Assembly (NCBI RefSeq): GCF_046105845.1
Contig: NZ_CP151004.1
Reading direction: 5' to 3' (one strand)
Origin: Escherichia coli
GTDB taxonomy: Bacteria; Pseudomonadota; Gammaproteobacteria; Enterobacterales; Enterobacteriaceae
Length of the DNA: 64,000 bases
Both the position numbers and the translations under genes were made by a program. Positions 10,605 through 22,286 of this stretch are shown here, piece after piece. Every line of letters begins with the position of its first letter. Positions within the stretch are counted from its first letter, which is position 1. The notes beneath the pieces are model-generated. The model had not been told where the DNA came from and did not search any database. It saw only the letters and a program-made list of their open reading frames with translations.

Positions 10605-11126
10605 ATGAAGCGAACAATACTTGCGTTATGCCTGCTGCCTCTTTCCTTATCGACAATGGCGCTTACGGATTTGGGAGCGAAGGGTGATTTAAAATTCACT
10701 TTGCAGATCCGCCAGGGTGCCTGTGAACTGGTAAAAGACAATATTGAGGTAGACCTGGGAAGAGCGGTACTTAAACAGCCTGTAAGAATCGGAACAGAAC
10801 TTAATCCCACTACTTTTTCCATCGGTCTGAAAAACTGTAGCGAAGTTGTCAGGGCTTACGTCACCATGAATGGTACGCCCAATACGGACGATCCAAATCT
10901 TTTTGCGCTGGATGCGGGTGGCGCTACGGGCGTTGGGCTGAAAATCAAAACCGCTGCGGGAGTACAACAGTTCCCGGAAAATACGACACCGACGCCGATT
11001 GAGTTCGCGATTAACAGTGATGGCTCACATCAATTGAACTATATCGCCAGCTACGTGCCAATTCGCGCTGATGCAACCATTGGTCGCGCGGATGCAACGG
11101 TCGATTTTACCGTTCAGTACGAATAA
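10605..11126 (+). CDS. lpfE: Fimbrial minor subunit, 173 aa
   Basis: Signal peptide, fimbrial Cys pair, C-terminal …TVDFTVQYE motif; last gene of operon. Confidence 0.85.
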   Translation: MKRTILALCLLPLSLSTMALTDLGAKGDLKFTLQIRQGACELVKDNIEVDLGRAVLKQPVRIGTELNPTTFSIGLKNCSEVVRAYVTMNGTPNTDDPNLFALDAGGATGVGLKIKTAAGVQQFPENTTPTPIEFAINSDGSHQLNYIASYVPIRADATIGRADATVDFTVQYE

Positions 11127-11137
11127 TTTCGCTTCAC

Positions 11138-11161
11138 AGGGCTAGTTAACTAGCCCTTTTT
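11138..11161 (+). terminator. Rho-independent terminator downstream of lpfE
   Basis: Perfect palindrome AGGGCTAGTTAACTAGCCCT followed by TTTT. Confidence 0.7.
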
Positions 11162-11377
11162 ACTGCTTTGTGTAACACTAAAGTCCTTTTTCAAACTTGC
11201 ATTTTTGTAAATTTGTGCTTCATGCACACTCTTTCCCCACACTTTTTCCCTTTGCTGTGGTCTACTTAATCGCGCGTGTAGATTTTACTTATCTGACTAC
11301 CTCCGCACTTTTCCCCTGCCGGGCCTGAAAAGCCGTTAAGCAGGGTGTTATCACCTGTTTGTCCAGGGTTTGTTTGC

Positions 11378-13069
11378 ATGAGATACATCAAATCGATTAC
11401 ACAGCAGAAGCTGAGCTTTTTGCTTGCAATCTATATTGGCCTTTTTATGAATGGCGCGGTTTTTTACCGCCGCTTCGGCAGCTATGCGCACGATTTTACC
11501 GTCTGGAAAGGCATTTCTGCTGTTGTTGAACTGGCCGCCACCGTACTGGTGACCTTCTTTTTACTACGTCTTCTTTCGCTGTTTGGCCGCCGTAGCTGGC
11601 GTATTCTGGCGTCGCTGGTGGTGCTCTTTTCCGCAGGTGCCAGCTATTACATGACCTTCCTTAATGTGGTCATTGGTTATGGCATCATCGCTTCCGTCAT
11701 GACCACCGATATCGACCTGTCAAAAGAAGTTGTTGGTCTGAACTTTATTCTCTGGTTAATCGCCGTTAGCGCATTGCCTCTTATCCTTATCTGGAATAAC
11801 CGCTGTCGCTACACCTTGCTCCGACAACTGCGAACCCCAGGGCAGCGTATTCGCAGCCTGGCGGTCGTCGTACTGGCGGGTATTATGGTTTGGGCACCGA
11901 TTCGTTTGCTGGATATCCAGCAGAAGAAAGTGGAGAGGGCGACCGGTGTTGATTTGCCCAGCTATGGCGGTGTCGTAGCGAACTCTTATCTGCCATCAAA
12001 CTGGCTTTCTGCGTTGGGGCTGTATGCCTGGGCGCGGGTCGATGAATCTTCCGATAACAATTCATTGCTTAACCCGGCGAAGAAATTCACTTACCAGGCA
12101 CCGCAAAATGTTGATGACACTTATGTCGTGTTTATCATTGGTGAAACCACGCGTTGGGATCATATGGGCATTTTCGGCTATGAACGTAACACCACACCGA
12201 AGCTGGCCCAGGAGAAAAATCTGGCAGCGTTCCGTGGTTACTCCTGTGATACCGCAACCAAACTCTCACTGCGTTGCATGTTTGTACGACAGGGTGGGGC
12301 GGAAGATAATCCGCAGCGCACATTAAAAGAACAGAACATTTTCGCGGTATTGAAGCAGTTAGGATTCAGTTCTGATCTCTACGCTATGCAAAGCGAAATG
12401 TGGTTCTACAGCAACACGATGGCAGACAACATTGCTTATCGTGAGCAGATTGGTGCGGAGCCACGTAACCGTGGCAAGCCGGTAGATGATATGTTGCTGG
12501 TAGACGAAATGCAGCAATCGCTGGGGCGCAACCCGGATGGCAAGCATCTGATCATTTTGCATACCAAAGGTTCGCACTTTAACTACACCCAGCGTTACCC
12601 GCGCAGCTTTGCGCAGTGGAAGCCGGAATGTATTGGTGTTGATAGCGGCTGTACCAAAGCGCAGATGATCAACTCCTATGACAACTCGGTGACCTATGTG
12701 GATCACTTTATCTCCAGCGTGATTGATCAGGTTCGCGATAAGAAAGCGATTGTGTTCTACGCAGCTGACCACGGTGAGTCAATTAATGAACGCGAGCACC
12801 TGCACGGCACGCCGCGTGAACTGGCACCGCCGGAGCAGTTCCGCGTGCCGATGATGGTCTGGATGTCAGATAAATATCTGGAAAATCCGGTCAATGCGCA
12901 GGCATTTGCGCAGCTGAAAAAAGAAGCCGACATGAAAGTGCCACGCCGTCATGTAGAGCTGTACGACACCATCATGGGTTGTCTTGGCTATACTTCACCG
13001 GATGGTGGAATTAACGAAAACAACAACTGGTGCCACATCCCGCAGGCAAGAGAGGCGGCGGCTAACTAA
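11378..13069 (+). CDS. eptB: Kdo2-lipid A phosphoethanolamine transferase, 563 aa
   Basis: ORF-track frame 11345..13069 trimmed to ATG at 11378 ([14 protein letters not shown]…); N-terminal TM helices plus sulfatase-like domain recognised as EptB (YhjW). Confidence 0.92.
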   Translation: MRYIKSITQQKLSFLLAIYIGLFMNGAVFYRRFGSYAHDFTVWKGISAVVELAATVLVTFFLLRLLSLFGRRSWRILASLVVLFSAGASYYMTFLNVVIGYGIIASVMTTDIDLSKEVVGLNFILWLIAVSALPLILIWNNRCRYTLLRQLRTPGQRIRSLAVVVLAGIMVWAPIRLLDIQQKKVERATGVDLPSYGGVVANSYLPSNWLSALGLYAWARVDESSDNNSLLNPAKKFTYQAPQNVDDTYVVFIIGETTRWDHMGIFGYERNTTPKLAQEKNLAAFRGYSCDTATKLSLRCMFVRQGGAEDNPQRTLKEQNIFAVLKQLGFSSDLYAMQSEMWFYSNTMADNIAYREQIGAEPRNRGKPVDDMLLVDEMQQSLGRNPDGKHLIILHTKGSHFNYTQRYPRSFAQWKPECIGVDSGCTKAQMINSYDNSVTYVDHFISSVIDQVRDKKAIVFYAADHGESINEREHLHGTPRELAPPEQFRVPMMVWMSDKYLENPVNAQAFAQLKKEADMKVPRRHVELYDTIMGCLGYTSPDGGINENNNWCHIPQAREAAAN

Positions 13070-13160
13070 GAGGCCTGCTGACTTTCTCGCCGATCAAAAG
13101 GCATTTTGCTATTAAGGGATTGACGAGGGCGTATCTGCGCAGTAAGATGCGCCCCGCATT

Positions 13161-13494
<334 letters not shown>

Positions 13495-13495
13495 C

Positions 13496-13584
13496 GTAGG
13501 CCTGATAAGACGCGCCAGCGTCGCTTCAGGCAACGGCACCGCACTTATTGTCGGATGCGGCGCGACCGCCTTATTCGACCTATA
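13496..13584. repeat. BIME: two REP (palindromic unit) elements in inverted orientation
   Basis: GTAGGCCTGATAAGACGCGCCAGCGTCGCTTCAGGC and GTCGGATGCGGCGCGACCGCCTTATTCGACCTAT resemble the E. coli REP consensus. Confidence 0.75.
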
Positions 13585-14148
13585 CACCATACATTTCCCT
13601 GCCAAATTTGCGCCCCATATCTCACTATCCATTAACGGATTTGTGACAGAAACCATTGCCTTTTTTTATATTTGCTTAAATCTTTTTTTGCGTTACTTAT
13701 GGCTGGCGCTGGCATTTTCCGCTGTGCGTTTTAGCGTTCATGGTATTAATCGCTCAGATATCCACCTTTTCCTCAGATTTTTTTCACTAAATGCATAAAA
13801 CTTAATCACCAATTGTTGCTAAATATTAAGCTGATTGTTCTGGTCATGTTGGAGTAGCACAAATTTCTCTGCTGCAAATAGCTGTTTGAAGTTTTTTTAA
13901 TCTTTGTTTGTGGATTCTCACCGTTGGTGTAAATCCCGGTTGGCTGTATTGACGTTTTCACATTCTGTTGACAGATTGTAGGTCACGAGGGGCATTTTAT
14001 GGAGGATCCGCACTGTTACACTGATGTTAATTAGTACGGCATCCCCACCTCATACGTTGACCCGACCGGGCAAAAAACAAAAAAGGTCAGGCAGCGACAA
14101 CCCACTGCAAAGGGTTAAAACAACAAACATCACAATTGGAGCAGAATA

Positions 14149-15756
14149 ATGCGTATTTCCTTGAAAAAGTCAGGGATGCTGAAGCTTGGTCTCAGCCTGG
14201 TGGCTATGACCGTCGCAGCAAGTGTTCAGGCTAAAACTCTGGTTTATTGCTCAGAAGGATCTCCGGAAGGGTTTAACCCGCAGTTGTTTACCTCCGGTAC
14301 TACCTATGACGCCTCTTCCGTGCCGCTTTATAACCGCCTGGTTGAATTTAAAATCGGCACCACCGAAGTAATCCCGGGCCTCGCTGAAAAGTGGGAAGTC
14401 AGCGAAGACGGTAAAACCTATACCTTCCATCTGCGTAAAGGTGTGAAGTGGCACGACAACAAAGAATTCAAACCGACGCGCGAACTGAACGCCGACGACG
14501 TGGTGTTCTCGTTCGATCGTCAGAAAAACGCGCAAAACCCGTACCATAAAGTTTCTGGCGGCAGCTACGAATACTTTGAAGGCATGGGCTTGCCGGAGCT
14601 GATCAGCGAAGTGAAAAAGGTGGACGACAACACTGTTCAGTTTGTGCTGACTCGACCGGAAGCGCCGTTCCTCGCTGACCTGGCAATGGACTTCGCCTCT
14701 ATTCTGTCAAAAGAATATGCTGACGCGATGATGAAAGCCGGTACACCGGAAAAACTGGACCTCAACCCAATCGGCACCGGTCCGTTCCAGTTACAGCAGT
14801 ACCAAAAAGATTCCCGTATCCGCTACAAAGCGTTTGATGGCTACTGGGGCACCAAACCGCAGATCGATACGCTGGTTTTCTCTATTACCCCTGATGCTTC
14901 CGTGCGTTACGCGAAATTGCAGAAGAATGAATGCCAGGTGATGCCGTACCCGAACCCGGCAGATATCGCTCGCATGAAGCAGGATAAATCCATCAATCTG
15001 ATGGAAATGCCGGGGCTTAACGTCGGCTATCTTTCATATAACGTGCAGAAAAAACCACTTGATGACGTGAAAGTTCGCCAGGCTCTGACCTACGCGGTGA
15101 ACAAAGACGCTATCATCAAAGCGGTTTATCAGGGCGCGGGCGTGGCAGCGAAAAACCTGATCCCGCCAACCATGTGGGGCTATAACGACGACGTTCAGGA
15201 CTACACCTACGATCCCGAAAAAGCGAAAGCCTTGCTGAAAGAAGCGGGCCTGGAAAAAGGCTTCTCCATCGACCTGTGGGCAATGCCGGTACAACGTCCG
15301 TATAACCCGAATGCTCGCCGCATGGCAGAGATGATTCAGGCAGACTGGGCGAAAGTGGGCGTGCAGGCCAAAATTGTCACTTACGAATGGGGTGAGTATC
15401 TCAAGCGTGCGAAAGATGGCGAGCATCAGACGGTAATGATGGGCTGGACTGGCGACAACGGGGATCCGGATAACTTCTTCGCCACCCTGTTCAGCTGCGC
15501 CGCCTCTGAACAAGGCTCCAACTACTCAAAATGGTGCTACAAACCGTTTGAAGATCTGATTCAACCGGCGCGTGCTACCGACGACCATAACAAACGCGTT
15601 GAACTGTACAAGCAAGCGCAGGTGGTGATGCACGATCAGGCTCCGGCACTGATCATCGCTCACTCCACCGTGTTTGAACCGGTACGCAAAGAAGTTAAAG
15701 GCTATGTGGTTGATCCATTAGGCAAACATCACTTCGAAAACGTCTCTATCGAATAA
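14149..15756 (+). CDS. dppA: Periplasmic dipeptide-binding protein, 535 aa
   Basis: Signal peptide plus family-5 solute-binding protein sequence recognised as DppA; long upstream leader. Confidence 0.96.
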   Translation: MRISLKKSGMLKLGLSLVAMTVAASVQAKTLVYCSEGSPEGFNPQLFTSGTTYDASSVPLYNRLVEFKIGTTEVIPGLAEKWEVSEDGKTYTFHLRKGVKWHDNKEFKPTRELNADDVVFSFDRQKNAQNPYHKVSGGSYEYFEGMGLPELISEVKKVDDNTVQFVLTRPEAPFLADLAMDFASILSKEYADAMMKAGTPEKLDLNPIGTGPFQLQQYQKDSRIRYKAFDGYWGTKPQIDTLVFSITPDASVRYAKLQKNECQVMPYPNPADIARMKQDKSINLMEMPGLNVGYLSYNVQKKPLDDVKVRQALTYAVNKDAIIKAVYQGAGVAAKNLIPPTMWGYNDDVQDYTYDPEKAKALLKEAGLEKGFSIDLWAMPVQRPYNPNARRMAEMIQADWAKVGVQAKIVTYEWGEYLKRAKDGEHQTVMMGWTGDNGDPDNFFATLFSCAASEQGSNYSKWCYKPFEDLIQPARATDDHNKRVELYKQAQVVMHDQAPALIIAHSTVFEPVRKEVKGYVVDPLGKHHFENVSIE

Positions 15757-15768
15757 TTAAAAGCCATA

Positions 15769-15805
15769 CCCGGTGGCGCTGTGCCTCTGCGTGCAGCGCC
15801 ATCCG
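15769..15805 (+). other. GC-rich stem-loop in the dppA-dppB intergenic region (no T-run)
   Basis: CCCGGTGGCGCTG…CAGCGCCATCCGG inverted repeat, 12-bp stem with one bulge. Confidence 0.5.
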
Positions 15806-15906
15806 GCAGCAATACTTCATTCCCTGCCCGACCTGGGCGGGAATTGATTTGTGAGCAATACAGACACGCAGTTCCAGGCTGCGGGTCACTACAGAGAATC
15901 CGGGTT

Positions 15907-16926
15907 ATGTTGCAGTTTATTCTCCGACGTTTGGGACTCGTCATCCCCACGTTTATCGGTATTACCCTTCTCACATTTGCCTTTGTCCACATGATCCCGG
16001 GCGATCCGGTGATGATCATGGCGGGCGAACGTGGGATCTCCCCAGAGCGTCACGCGCAGCTGCTGGCTGAACTCGGCTTAGATAAACCGATGTGGCAGCA
16101 GTATCTCCATTACATTTGGGGCGTAATGCACGGCGATTTAGGCATTTCAATGAAAAGCCGCATCCCGGTTTGGGAAGAGTTCGTGCCGCGCTTTCAGGCC
16201 ACGCTGGAGCTTGGTGTCTGCGCGATGATTTTTGCGACTGCGGTCGGTATTCCGGTTGGTGTGCTGGCTGCGGTTAAACGCGGTTCTATTTTTGATCACA
16301 CAGCGGTTGGCCTGGCGCTGACAGGTTATTCAATGCCTATCTTCTGGTGGGGCATGATGCTGATCATGCTGGTTTCGGTGCACTGGAACCTGACGCCCGT
16401 CTCCGGTCGCGTGAGCGACATGGTGTTCCTCGATGATTCCAATCCGTTAACCGGTTTTATGCTAATCGACACCGCCATCTGGGGTGAAGACGGTAACTTT
16501 ATCGATGCCGTCGCCCATATGATCCTGCCCGCTATTGTGCTGGGTACGATACCGCTGGCGGTCATTGTGCGTATGACACGCTCCTCGATGCTGGAAGTGC
16601 TGGGTGAAGATTACATCCGCACCGCGCGCGCCAAAGGGTTGACCCGCCTTAGGGTGATTATCGTCCACGCGCTGCGTAACGCGATGCTGCCGGTGGTGAC
16701 CGTTATCGGCCTGCAGGTGGGAACATTGCTGGCGGGGGCGATTCTGACCGAAACCATCTTCTCGTGGCCCGGTCTGGGGCGCTGGTTGATTGACGCACTG
16801 CAACGCCGCGACTATCCGGTAGTGCAGGGCGGCGTATTGCTGGTGGCGACGATGATTATCCTCGTCAACCTGCTGGTCGATCTGCTGTACGGCGTGGTGA
16901 ACCCGCGTATTCGTCATAAGAAGTAA
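15907..16926 (+). CDS. dppB: Dipeptide ABC transporter permease, 339 aa
   Basis: ORF-track frame 15781..16926 trimmed to ATG at 15907 (MLQFILRRLGLVIPTFIG…), the recognised DppB start. Confidence 0.95.
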   Translation: MLQFILRRLGLVIPTFIGITLLTFAFVHMIPGDPVMIMAGERGISPERHAQLLAELGLDKPMWQQYLHYIWGVMHGDLGISMKSRIPVWEEFVPRFQATLELGVCAMIFATAVGIPVGVLAAVKRGSIFDHTAVGLALTGYSMPIFWWGMMLIMLVSVHWNLTPVSGRVSDMVFLDDSNPLTGFMLIDTAIWGEDGNFIDAVAHMILPAIVLGTIPLAVIVRMTRSSMLEVLGEDYIRTARAKGLTRLRVIIVHALRNAMLPVVTVIGLQVGTLLAGAILTETIFSWPGLGRWLIDALQRRDYPVVQGGVLLVATMIILVNLLVDLLYGVVNPRIRHKK

Positions 16927-16935
16927 GGGGACATC

Positions 16936-17838
16936 ATGTCACAGGTTACTGAAAATAAAGTGATTAGCGCACCGGTGCCGATGACCCCGTTACAGGAGTT
17001 CTGGCACTATTTTAAACGCAACAAAGGCGCGGTCGTCGGGCTGGTTTACGTCGTCATCGTGCTGTTTATCGCGATCTTTGCCAACTGGATTGCACCCTAT
17101 AACCCGGCGGAACAGTTCCGCGATGCACTGCTCGCCCCGCCAGCCTGGCAGGAAGGCGGCAGCATGGCGCACTTGCTGGGCACCGATGACGTAGGCCGTG
17201 ATGTGCTGTCGCGTCTGATGTACGGTGCGCGATTGTCACTGCTGGTTGGCTGTCTGGTAGTGGTGTTATCGCTGATTATGGGCGTTATTCTCGGCCTGAT
17301 CGCCGGTTACTTCGGCGGCCTGGTCGATAACATCATCATGCGCGTGGTCGATATCATGCTGGCGCTGCCAAGTCTGCTGTTGGCACTGGTGCTGGTGGCG
17401 ATTTTCGGCCCGTCGATTGGTAACGCCGCGCTGGCACTGACCTTCGTTGCCTTGCCGCACTATGTGCGCTTAACACGCGCCGCCGTGCTGGTGGAGGTGA
17501 ATCGCGATTACGTTACCGCGTCTCGCGTGGCGGGTGCCGGGGCGATGCGCCAGATGTTTATAAACATCTTCCCGAACTGCCTTGCGCCTCTGATTGTTCA
17601 GGCGTCGCTCGGTTTCTCTAACGCCATTCTCGATATGGCTGCTCTTGGTTTCCTCGGCATGGGGGCGCAGCCGCCAACGCCGGAGTGGGGCACCATGCTC
17701 TCCGACGTGTTGCAGTTCGCGCAAAGCGCCTGGTGGGTCGTGACCTTCCCGGGTCTGGCGATCCTGCTGACGGTGCTGGCATTTAACCTGATGGGTGACG
17801 GTCTGCGTGACGCGCTCGATCCCAAACTGAAGCAGTAA
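16936..17838 (+). CDS. dppC: Dipeptide ABC transporter permease, 300 aa
   Basis: ORF recognised as DppC; ABC permease hydrophobic profile. Confidence 0.95.
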   Translation: MSQVTENKVISAPVPMTPLQEFWHYFKRNKGAVVGLVYVVIVLFIAIFANWIAPYNPAEQFRDALLAPPAWQEGGSMAHLLGTDDVGRDVLSRLMYGARLSLLVGCLVVVLSLIMGVILGLIAGYFGGLVDNIIMRVVDIMLALPSLLLALVLVAIFGPSIGNAALALTFVALPHYVRLTRAAVLVEVNRDYVTASRVAGAGAMRQMFINIFPNCLAPLIVQASLGFSNAILDMAALGFLGMGAQPPTPEWGTMLSDVLQFAQSAWWVVTFPGLAILLTVLAFNLMGDGLRDALDPKLKQ

Positions 17839-17848
17839 GAGGTTCGAG

Positions 17849-18828
<980 letters not shown>

Positions 18829-18832
<4 letters not shown>

Positions 18833-19833
18833 GTACGCAAGAGGCCACCTCGCAACAACCGCTGTTGCAGGCTATCGACCTGAAAAAACATTATCCGGTG
18901 AAGAAAGGTATGTTCGCACCGGAACGTCTGGTGAAGGCGCTGGATGGCGTTTCGTTTAACCTTGAACGTGGCAAAACGCTGGCAGTAGTAGGTGAATCTG
19001 GCTGCGGTAAATCGACCCTCGGTCGGTTGCTGACGATGATCGAAATGCCCACCGGTGGTGAGCTGTATTACCAGGGGCAGGATCTGCTCAAGCACGATCC
19101 GCAGGCGCAGAAGTTGCGTCGGCAGAAAATCCAGATCGTCTTTCAGAATCCCTATGGTTCGCTAAATCCGCGTAAAAAAGTTGGGCAAATTCTTGAAGAG
19201 CCGCTGCTTATTAATACCAGCTTAAGCAAAGAACAGCGTCGGGAAAAAGCCCTGTCGATGATGGCGAAAGTCGGCCTGAAAACCGAGCATTACGACCGCT
19301 ATCCGCATATGTTCTCCGGCGGTCAGCGTCAGCGTATCGCCATTGCCCGTGGTCTGATGCTCGACCCGGATGTGGTGATTGCCGATGAGCCGGTCTCCGC
19401 GCTGGACGTTTCAGTGCGTGCGCAGGTGCTGAATCTGATGATGGATTTGCAGCAGGAGTTGGGGCTGTCTTATGTCTTTATCTCGCACGACCTGTCAGTG
19501 GTTGAGCACATTGCCGATGAAGTGATGGTGATGTACCTGGGCCGCTGCGTGGAGAAGGGAACGAAGGACCAAATCTTCAATAACCCGCGTCATCCGTACA
19601 CTCAGGCGCTACTCTCCGCGACGCCGCGCCTGAACCCGGACGATCGCCGCGAGCGCATCAAGCTCACCGGTGAACTGCCAAGCCCGCTCAATCCACCGCC
19701 GGGCTGCGCGTTTAACGCCCGCTGTCGTCGGCGCTTCGGCCCCTGCACCCAGTTGCAGCCGCAGCTAAAAGACTACGGCGGTCAACTGGTAGCTTGTTTT
19801 GCTGTTGATCAGGATGAAAATCCGCAGCGTTAA
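18829..19833 (+). CDS. dppF: Dipeptide ABC transporter ATP-binding protein, 334 aa
   Basis: Walker [10 protein letters not shown], signature FSGGQRQR; start overlaps dppD stop by 4 nt (ATGA). Confidence 0.95.
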
Positions 19834-19838
19834 CTCAC

Positions 19839-19864
19839 AAAACCGGGGCCATGCGCTCCGGTTT
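19839..19864. terminator. Hairpin between convergent dppF and yhjV, probable bidirectional terminator
   Basis: AAAACCGG…CCGGTTT inverted repeat between the two stop codons. Confidence 0.5.
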
Positions 19865-21134
19865 ACTCAATCAGCTTCAACAGTGGCGACAAGCATAACA
19901 AAATGCCGTACAGCAGAATCAGCCAGGCTTTAAACCCGCGAAGTTTTTCCAGTTGTGCGACTTTATAGATCAGGAAAAATGGAATGAGGCACGACACAAT
20001 GCCATATAACGGGCTTCCCAACTGAAAGAACACCAGCACCGATACACGAAACGAAACCCAAATCGTCAACGTAATGACGATAAAAGCGCAGATCGCCAGA
20101 GTCAGCACGCGTGAGTTAATTTTCTTGGTATCAATAATTCGGCTTAACAGATTGAGAATAATGCCTTTAATGGCCTCGTGGAAACCGAGATAAATGCCAA
20201 AGAATGCGGTCAGTACGGCAAAGATATTCAGCACCGTAGAGGTGATATGAATGATATGCCCAGGGATCACCTGCGCGGCCAGTGCCAGTGCCGAGATATT
20301 TTGTTCAAAGGCAGAAACGGCTTCTTCGTGGCTAATTGAGAAGGTAAACGAAAAGGCAAAAAACAGTATCACCGCGATGAGCGTGATATAACTAATTCGG
20401 TGGGTACGCAGCGCGAGCCGGGTTGCCAGTACTTTATCCGCTTCCCGTTTACGATAGGCAATATTCATTGGGTTAAGTACCTGAATAAATACTGCAGAAA
20501 AGAAGCAAAATGGAATGGTAAGCAGGACATCGCGGAAAAAGACGGAGGCTTGCGGGAAGGCGGTTATATTGGCGAAATTCCAGTGCGGGATCATCGCAAA
20601 ACCGAACACGACAATAATCCCTACTTTGACCACCACCATTGGCCCAGAAATCTTAAACAGTAATCGTTCACCACCAGACGCAATCGCCACCAGTACGGCG
20701 AAAATAGCGACTTTATAAAGTAGAGATTGTGAAAGATCGGCATCGGTTAAACCGAAGGTTTTCAGGTACGAGGCGCTGTCGAAAACCACGGAGAGAGAGT
20801 AGATAAAAATCCCGTGGATAATCATCAAAAAGTAGATAACCCCGAGGAAAATTCCCCAGTTCTTCCCCAGGTAATGACTGATAATATCGGTGTAGTCATT
20901 ACAGGAATCGCTTTCAGAAAGGGTTTTTAAATAAATGTCCTGCACTACCCAGGTGGCAGGATAAGCAATGATCGCTGCGGTAATAAATACCCAAATTCCC
21001 TTCAAGCCAATTTGTACTGGCATCAGCACGGTTCCGGCACCAATCGCCATGCCTATACATAATAAAACCCAGCCGAAGTCGTAGCGTGTAAACGGCAATT
21101 TCTGATCGTGTTTCGGTAGTGTGTTGTGCTGCAT
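19863..21134 (-). CDS. yhjV: Amino-acid transporter family membrane protein (HAAAP-like), 423 aa
   Basis: ORF-track frame 19863..21197 trimmed to ATG (CAT on + strand at 21132-21134) giving [12 protein letters not shown]…; recognised as YhjV. Confidence 0.9.
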   Translation of the reverse strand: MQHNTLPKHDQKLPFTRYDFGWVLLCIGMAIGAGTVLMPVQIGLKGIWVFITAAIIAYPATWVVQDIYLKTLSESDSCNDYTDIISHYLGKNWGIFLGVIYFLMIIHGIFIYSLSVVFDSASYLKTFGLTDADLSQSLLYKVAIFAVLVAIASGGERLLFKISGPMVVVKVGIIVVFGFAMIPHWNFANITAFPQASVFFRDVLLTIPFCFFSAVFIQVLNPMNIAYRKREADKVLATRLALRTHRISYITLIAVILFFAFSFTFSISHEEAVSAFEQNISALALAAQVIPGHIIHITSTVLNIFAVLTAFFGIYLGFHEAIKGIILNLLSRIIDTKKINSRVLTLAICAFIVITLTIWVSFRVSVLVFFQLGSPLYGIVSCLIPFFLIYKVAQLEKLRGFKAWLILLYGILLCLSPLLKLIE

Positions 21135-21492
21135 AAAGTCCTGTCCAGAAAGAAGTCGGCCTCGCAAAAATGAATAAACCCAGTTTCTCTTGCGCAACAG
21201 GTGGAGAAGTCGAATACGCAGTATGTAAAAAATGAGGCAACAGATTCACTGGGGAGGTCGCGAGGAGGCGCAATTCTACAAAATTGCGCATTTCACTACC
21301 AGTCTGGAGTCAGCCCGGATATGAACTGCAACTATTGCAAATAAAGAAATTAAGCTGGAAGGCATCACGCAATGAGGAAGATAGCCGGGTGCTGACAGTA
21401 AAAAGCAATCGTAAAATCAGCGGCAAGCCGGAAGGGTTCCGGTGAGGCGCAATGTTGCGGGGGCTTTATCCCTGGTGGCATTGGTTGCTGGA

Positions 21493-21559
21493 GAGAGAAA
21501 ACCCCCGCACGTTGCAGGTATGCACCTGACAACACCACGGGGGCTAATCTTGACTCTAG
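21493..21559 (-). ncRNA. rdlD: Rdl antisense sRNA, copy 1 (ends approximate)
   Basis: On the minus strand a CCCCCG…CGGGGG hairpin followed by UUUUCUCUC (intrinsic terminator) lies antisense to the ldr leader; boundaries inferred from the recalled ~66-nt Rdl length. Confidence 0.55.
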
Positions 21560-21609
21560 ACCACTCAAGAATAGCCGCGAAACGTTGTCATTACAACACA
21601 GGCGGCTAT

Positions 21610-21717
21610 ATGACGCTCGCAGAGCTGGGCATGGCCTTCTGGCATGATTTAGCGGCTCCGGTCATTGCTGGCATTCTTGCCAGCATGATCGTGAACTGGC
21701 TGAATAAGCGGAAGTAA
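21610..21717 (+). CDS. ldrD: Type I toxin Ldr, 35 aa (MTLAELGMAFWHDLAAPVIAGILASMIVNWLNKRK)
   Basis: 35-codon ORF encoding a hydrophobic peptide recognised as Ldr family; chromosomal position between yhjV and bcsG matches K-12 ldrD. Confidence 0.85.
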   Translation: MTLAELGMAFWHDLAAPVIAGILASMIVNWLNKRK

Positions 21718-21975
21718 CGTGTCAGACGGGCGTCAGGCTGCCGTAATGGCAATTTGCGTCCGGACCAGGCCGCAGGGATAAAACTCTGTGGCCTTTTTCG
21801 TAAGAAAAATGCAACGGTTGCAAGCGGATAATATTCTGCGGAATGCGCAGCACAGAGTGAAGAAGTGATGGATTCCGGAACAGAAAAACAGTCGTAGAAT
21901 CAGCGGCAAGCCGGAAGGGTTCCGGTGAGGCGCAATGTTGCGGGGGCTTAATCCCTGGTGGCATTGGTTGCTGGA

Positions 21976-22042
21976 GAGAGAAAACCCCCGCACGTTGCAG
22001 GTATGCACCTGACAACATCACGGGGGCTAATCTTGAACCCAA
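21976..22042 (-). ncRNA. Rdl antisense sRNA, copy 2 (ends approximate)
   Basis: Same hairpin plus U-tract as copy 1, 483 bp downstream. Confidence 0.5.
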
Positions 22043-22092
22043 ACAACTCAAGAATAGCCGCGAAACGTTGTCATTACAACTCAGGCGGCTAT

Positions 22093-22200
22093 ATGACGCT
22101 CGCAGAGCTGGGCATGGCCTTCTGGCATGATTTAGCGGCTCCGGTCATTGCTGGCATTCTTGCCAGTCTGATCGTGAACTGGCTGAATAAGCGGAAGTAA
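22093..22200 (+). CDS. Type I toxin Ldr, second tandem copy, 35 aa (MTLAELGMAFWHDLAAPVIAGILASLIVNWLNKRK)
   Basis: Paralogous 35-codon ORF; differs from copy 1 by one residue (M26L). Confidence 0.8.
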   Translation: MTLAELGMAFWHDLAAPVIAGILASLIVNWLNKRK

Positions 22201-22286
22201 CGTGTCATGCGGGCGTCAGGCTGCCGTAATGGCAATTTGCGCCCGGACCAGGCCGCAGGGGTGAAACTCTGCGGCCTTTTTCGTGC

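Larger units (their letters stand above)
21415..22284 (+). repeat. Tandem duplication of the ldr/rdl type I toxin-antitoxin unit (two ~390-bp homologous units, 483-bp period)
   Basis: Near-identical stretches beginning ATCAGCGGCAAGCCGGAAGGGTTCCGGTGAGGCG at 21415 and 21900 and ending in GGCCGCAGGG…GGCCTTTTTCG terminators near 21768-21797 and 22251-22280. Confidence 0.9.

Noticed and set aside
20914-21291. 125-aa minus-strand ORF overlapping the yhjV start in another frame
   Set aside because: Out-of-frame overlap with the recognised yhjV N-terminus and upstream promoter; the ORF-track extension of yhjV to 21197 was likewise trimmed to the ATG matching the recalled 423-aa length
21365-22051. 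ORFs of 67-109 aa on both strands within the ldr/rdl repeat units (other than the 35-codon Ldr frames)
   Set aside because: They are duplicated because the DNA is duplicated; the only conserved peptide is the 35-aa Ldr toxin at the 3' end of the + frame, and the rest is leader and antisense RNA
21400-22285. Possibility that the regularly spaced repeats are a CRISPR array
   Set aside because: Only two units, ~483-bp period, each containing an ORF and terminator; no short 28-37-bp repeats with unique spacers and no cas genes anywhere in the window
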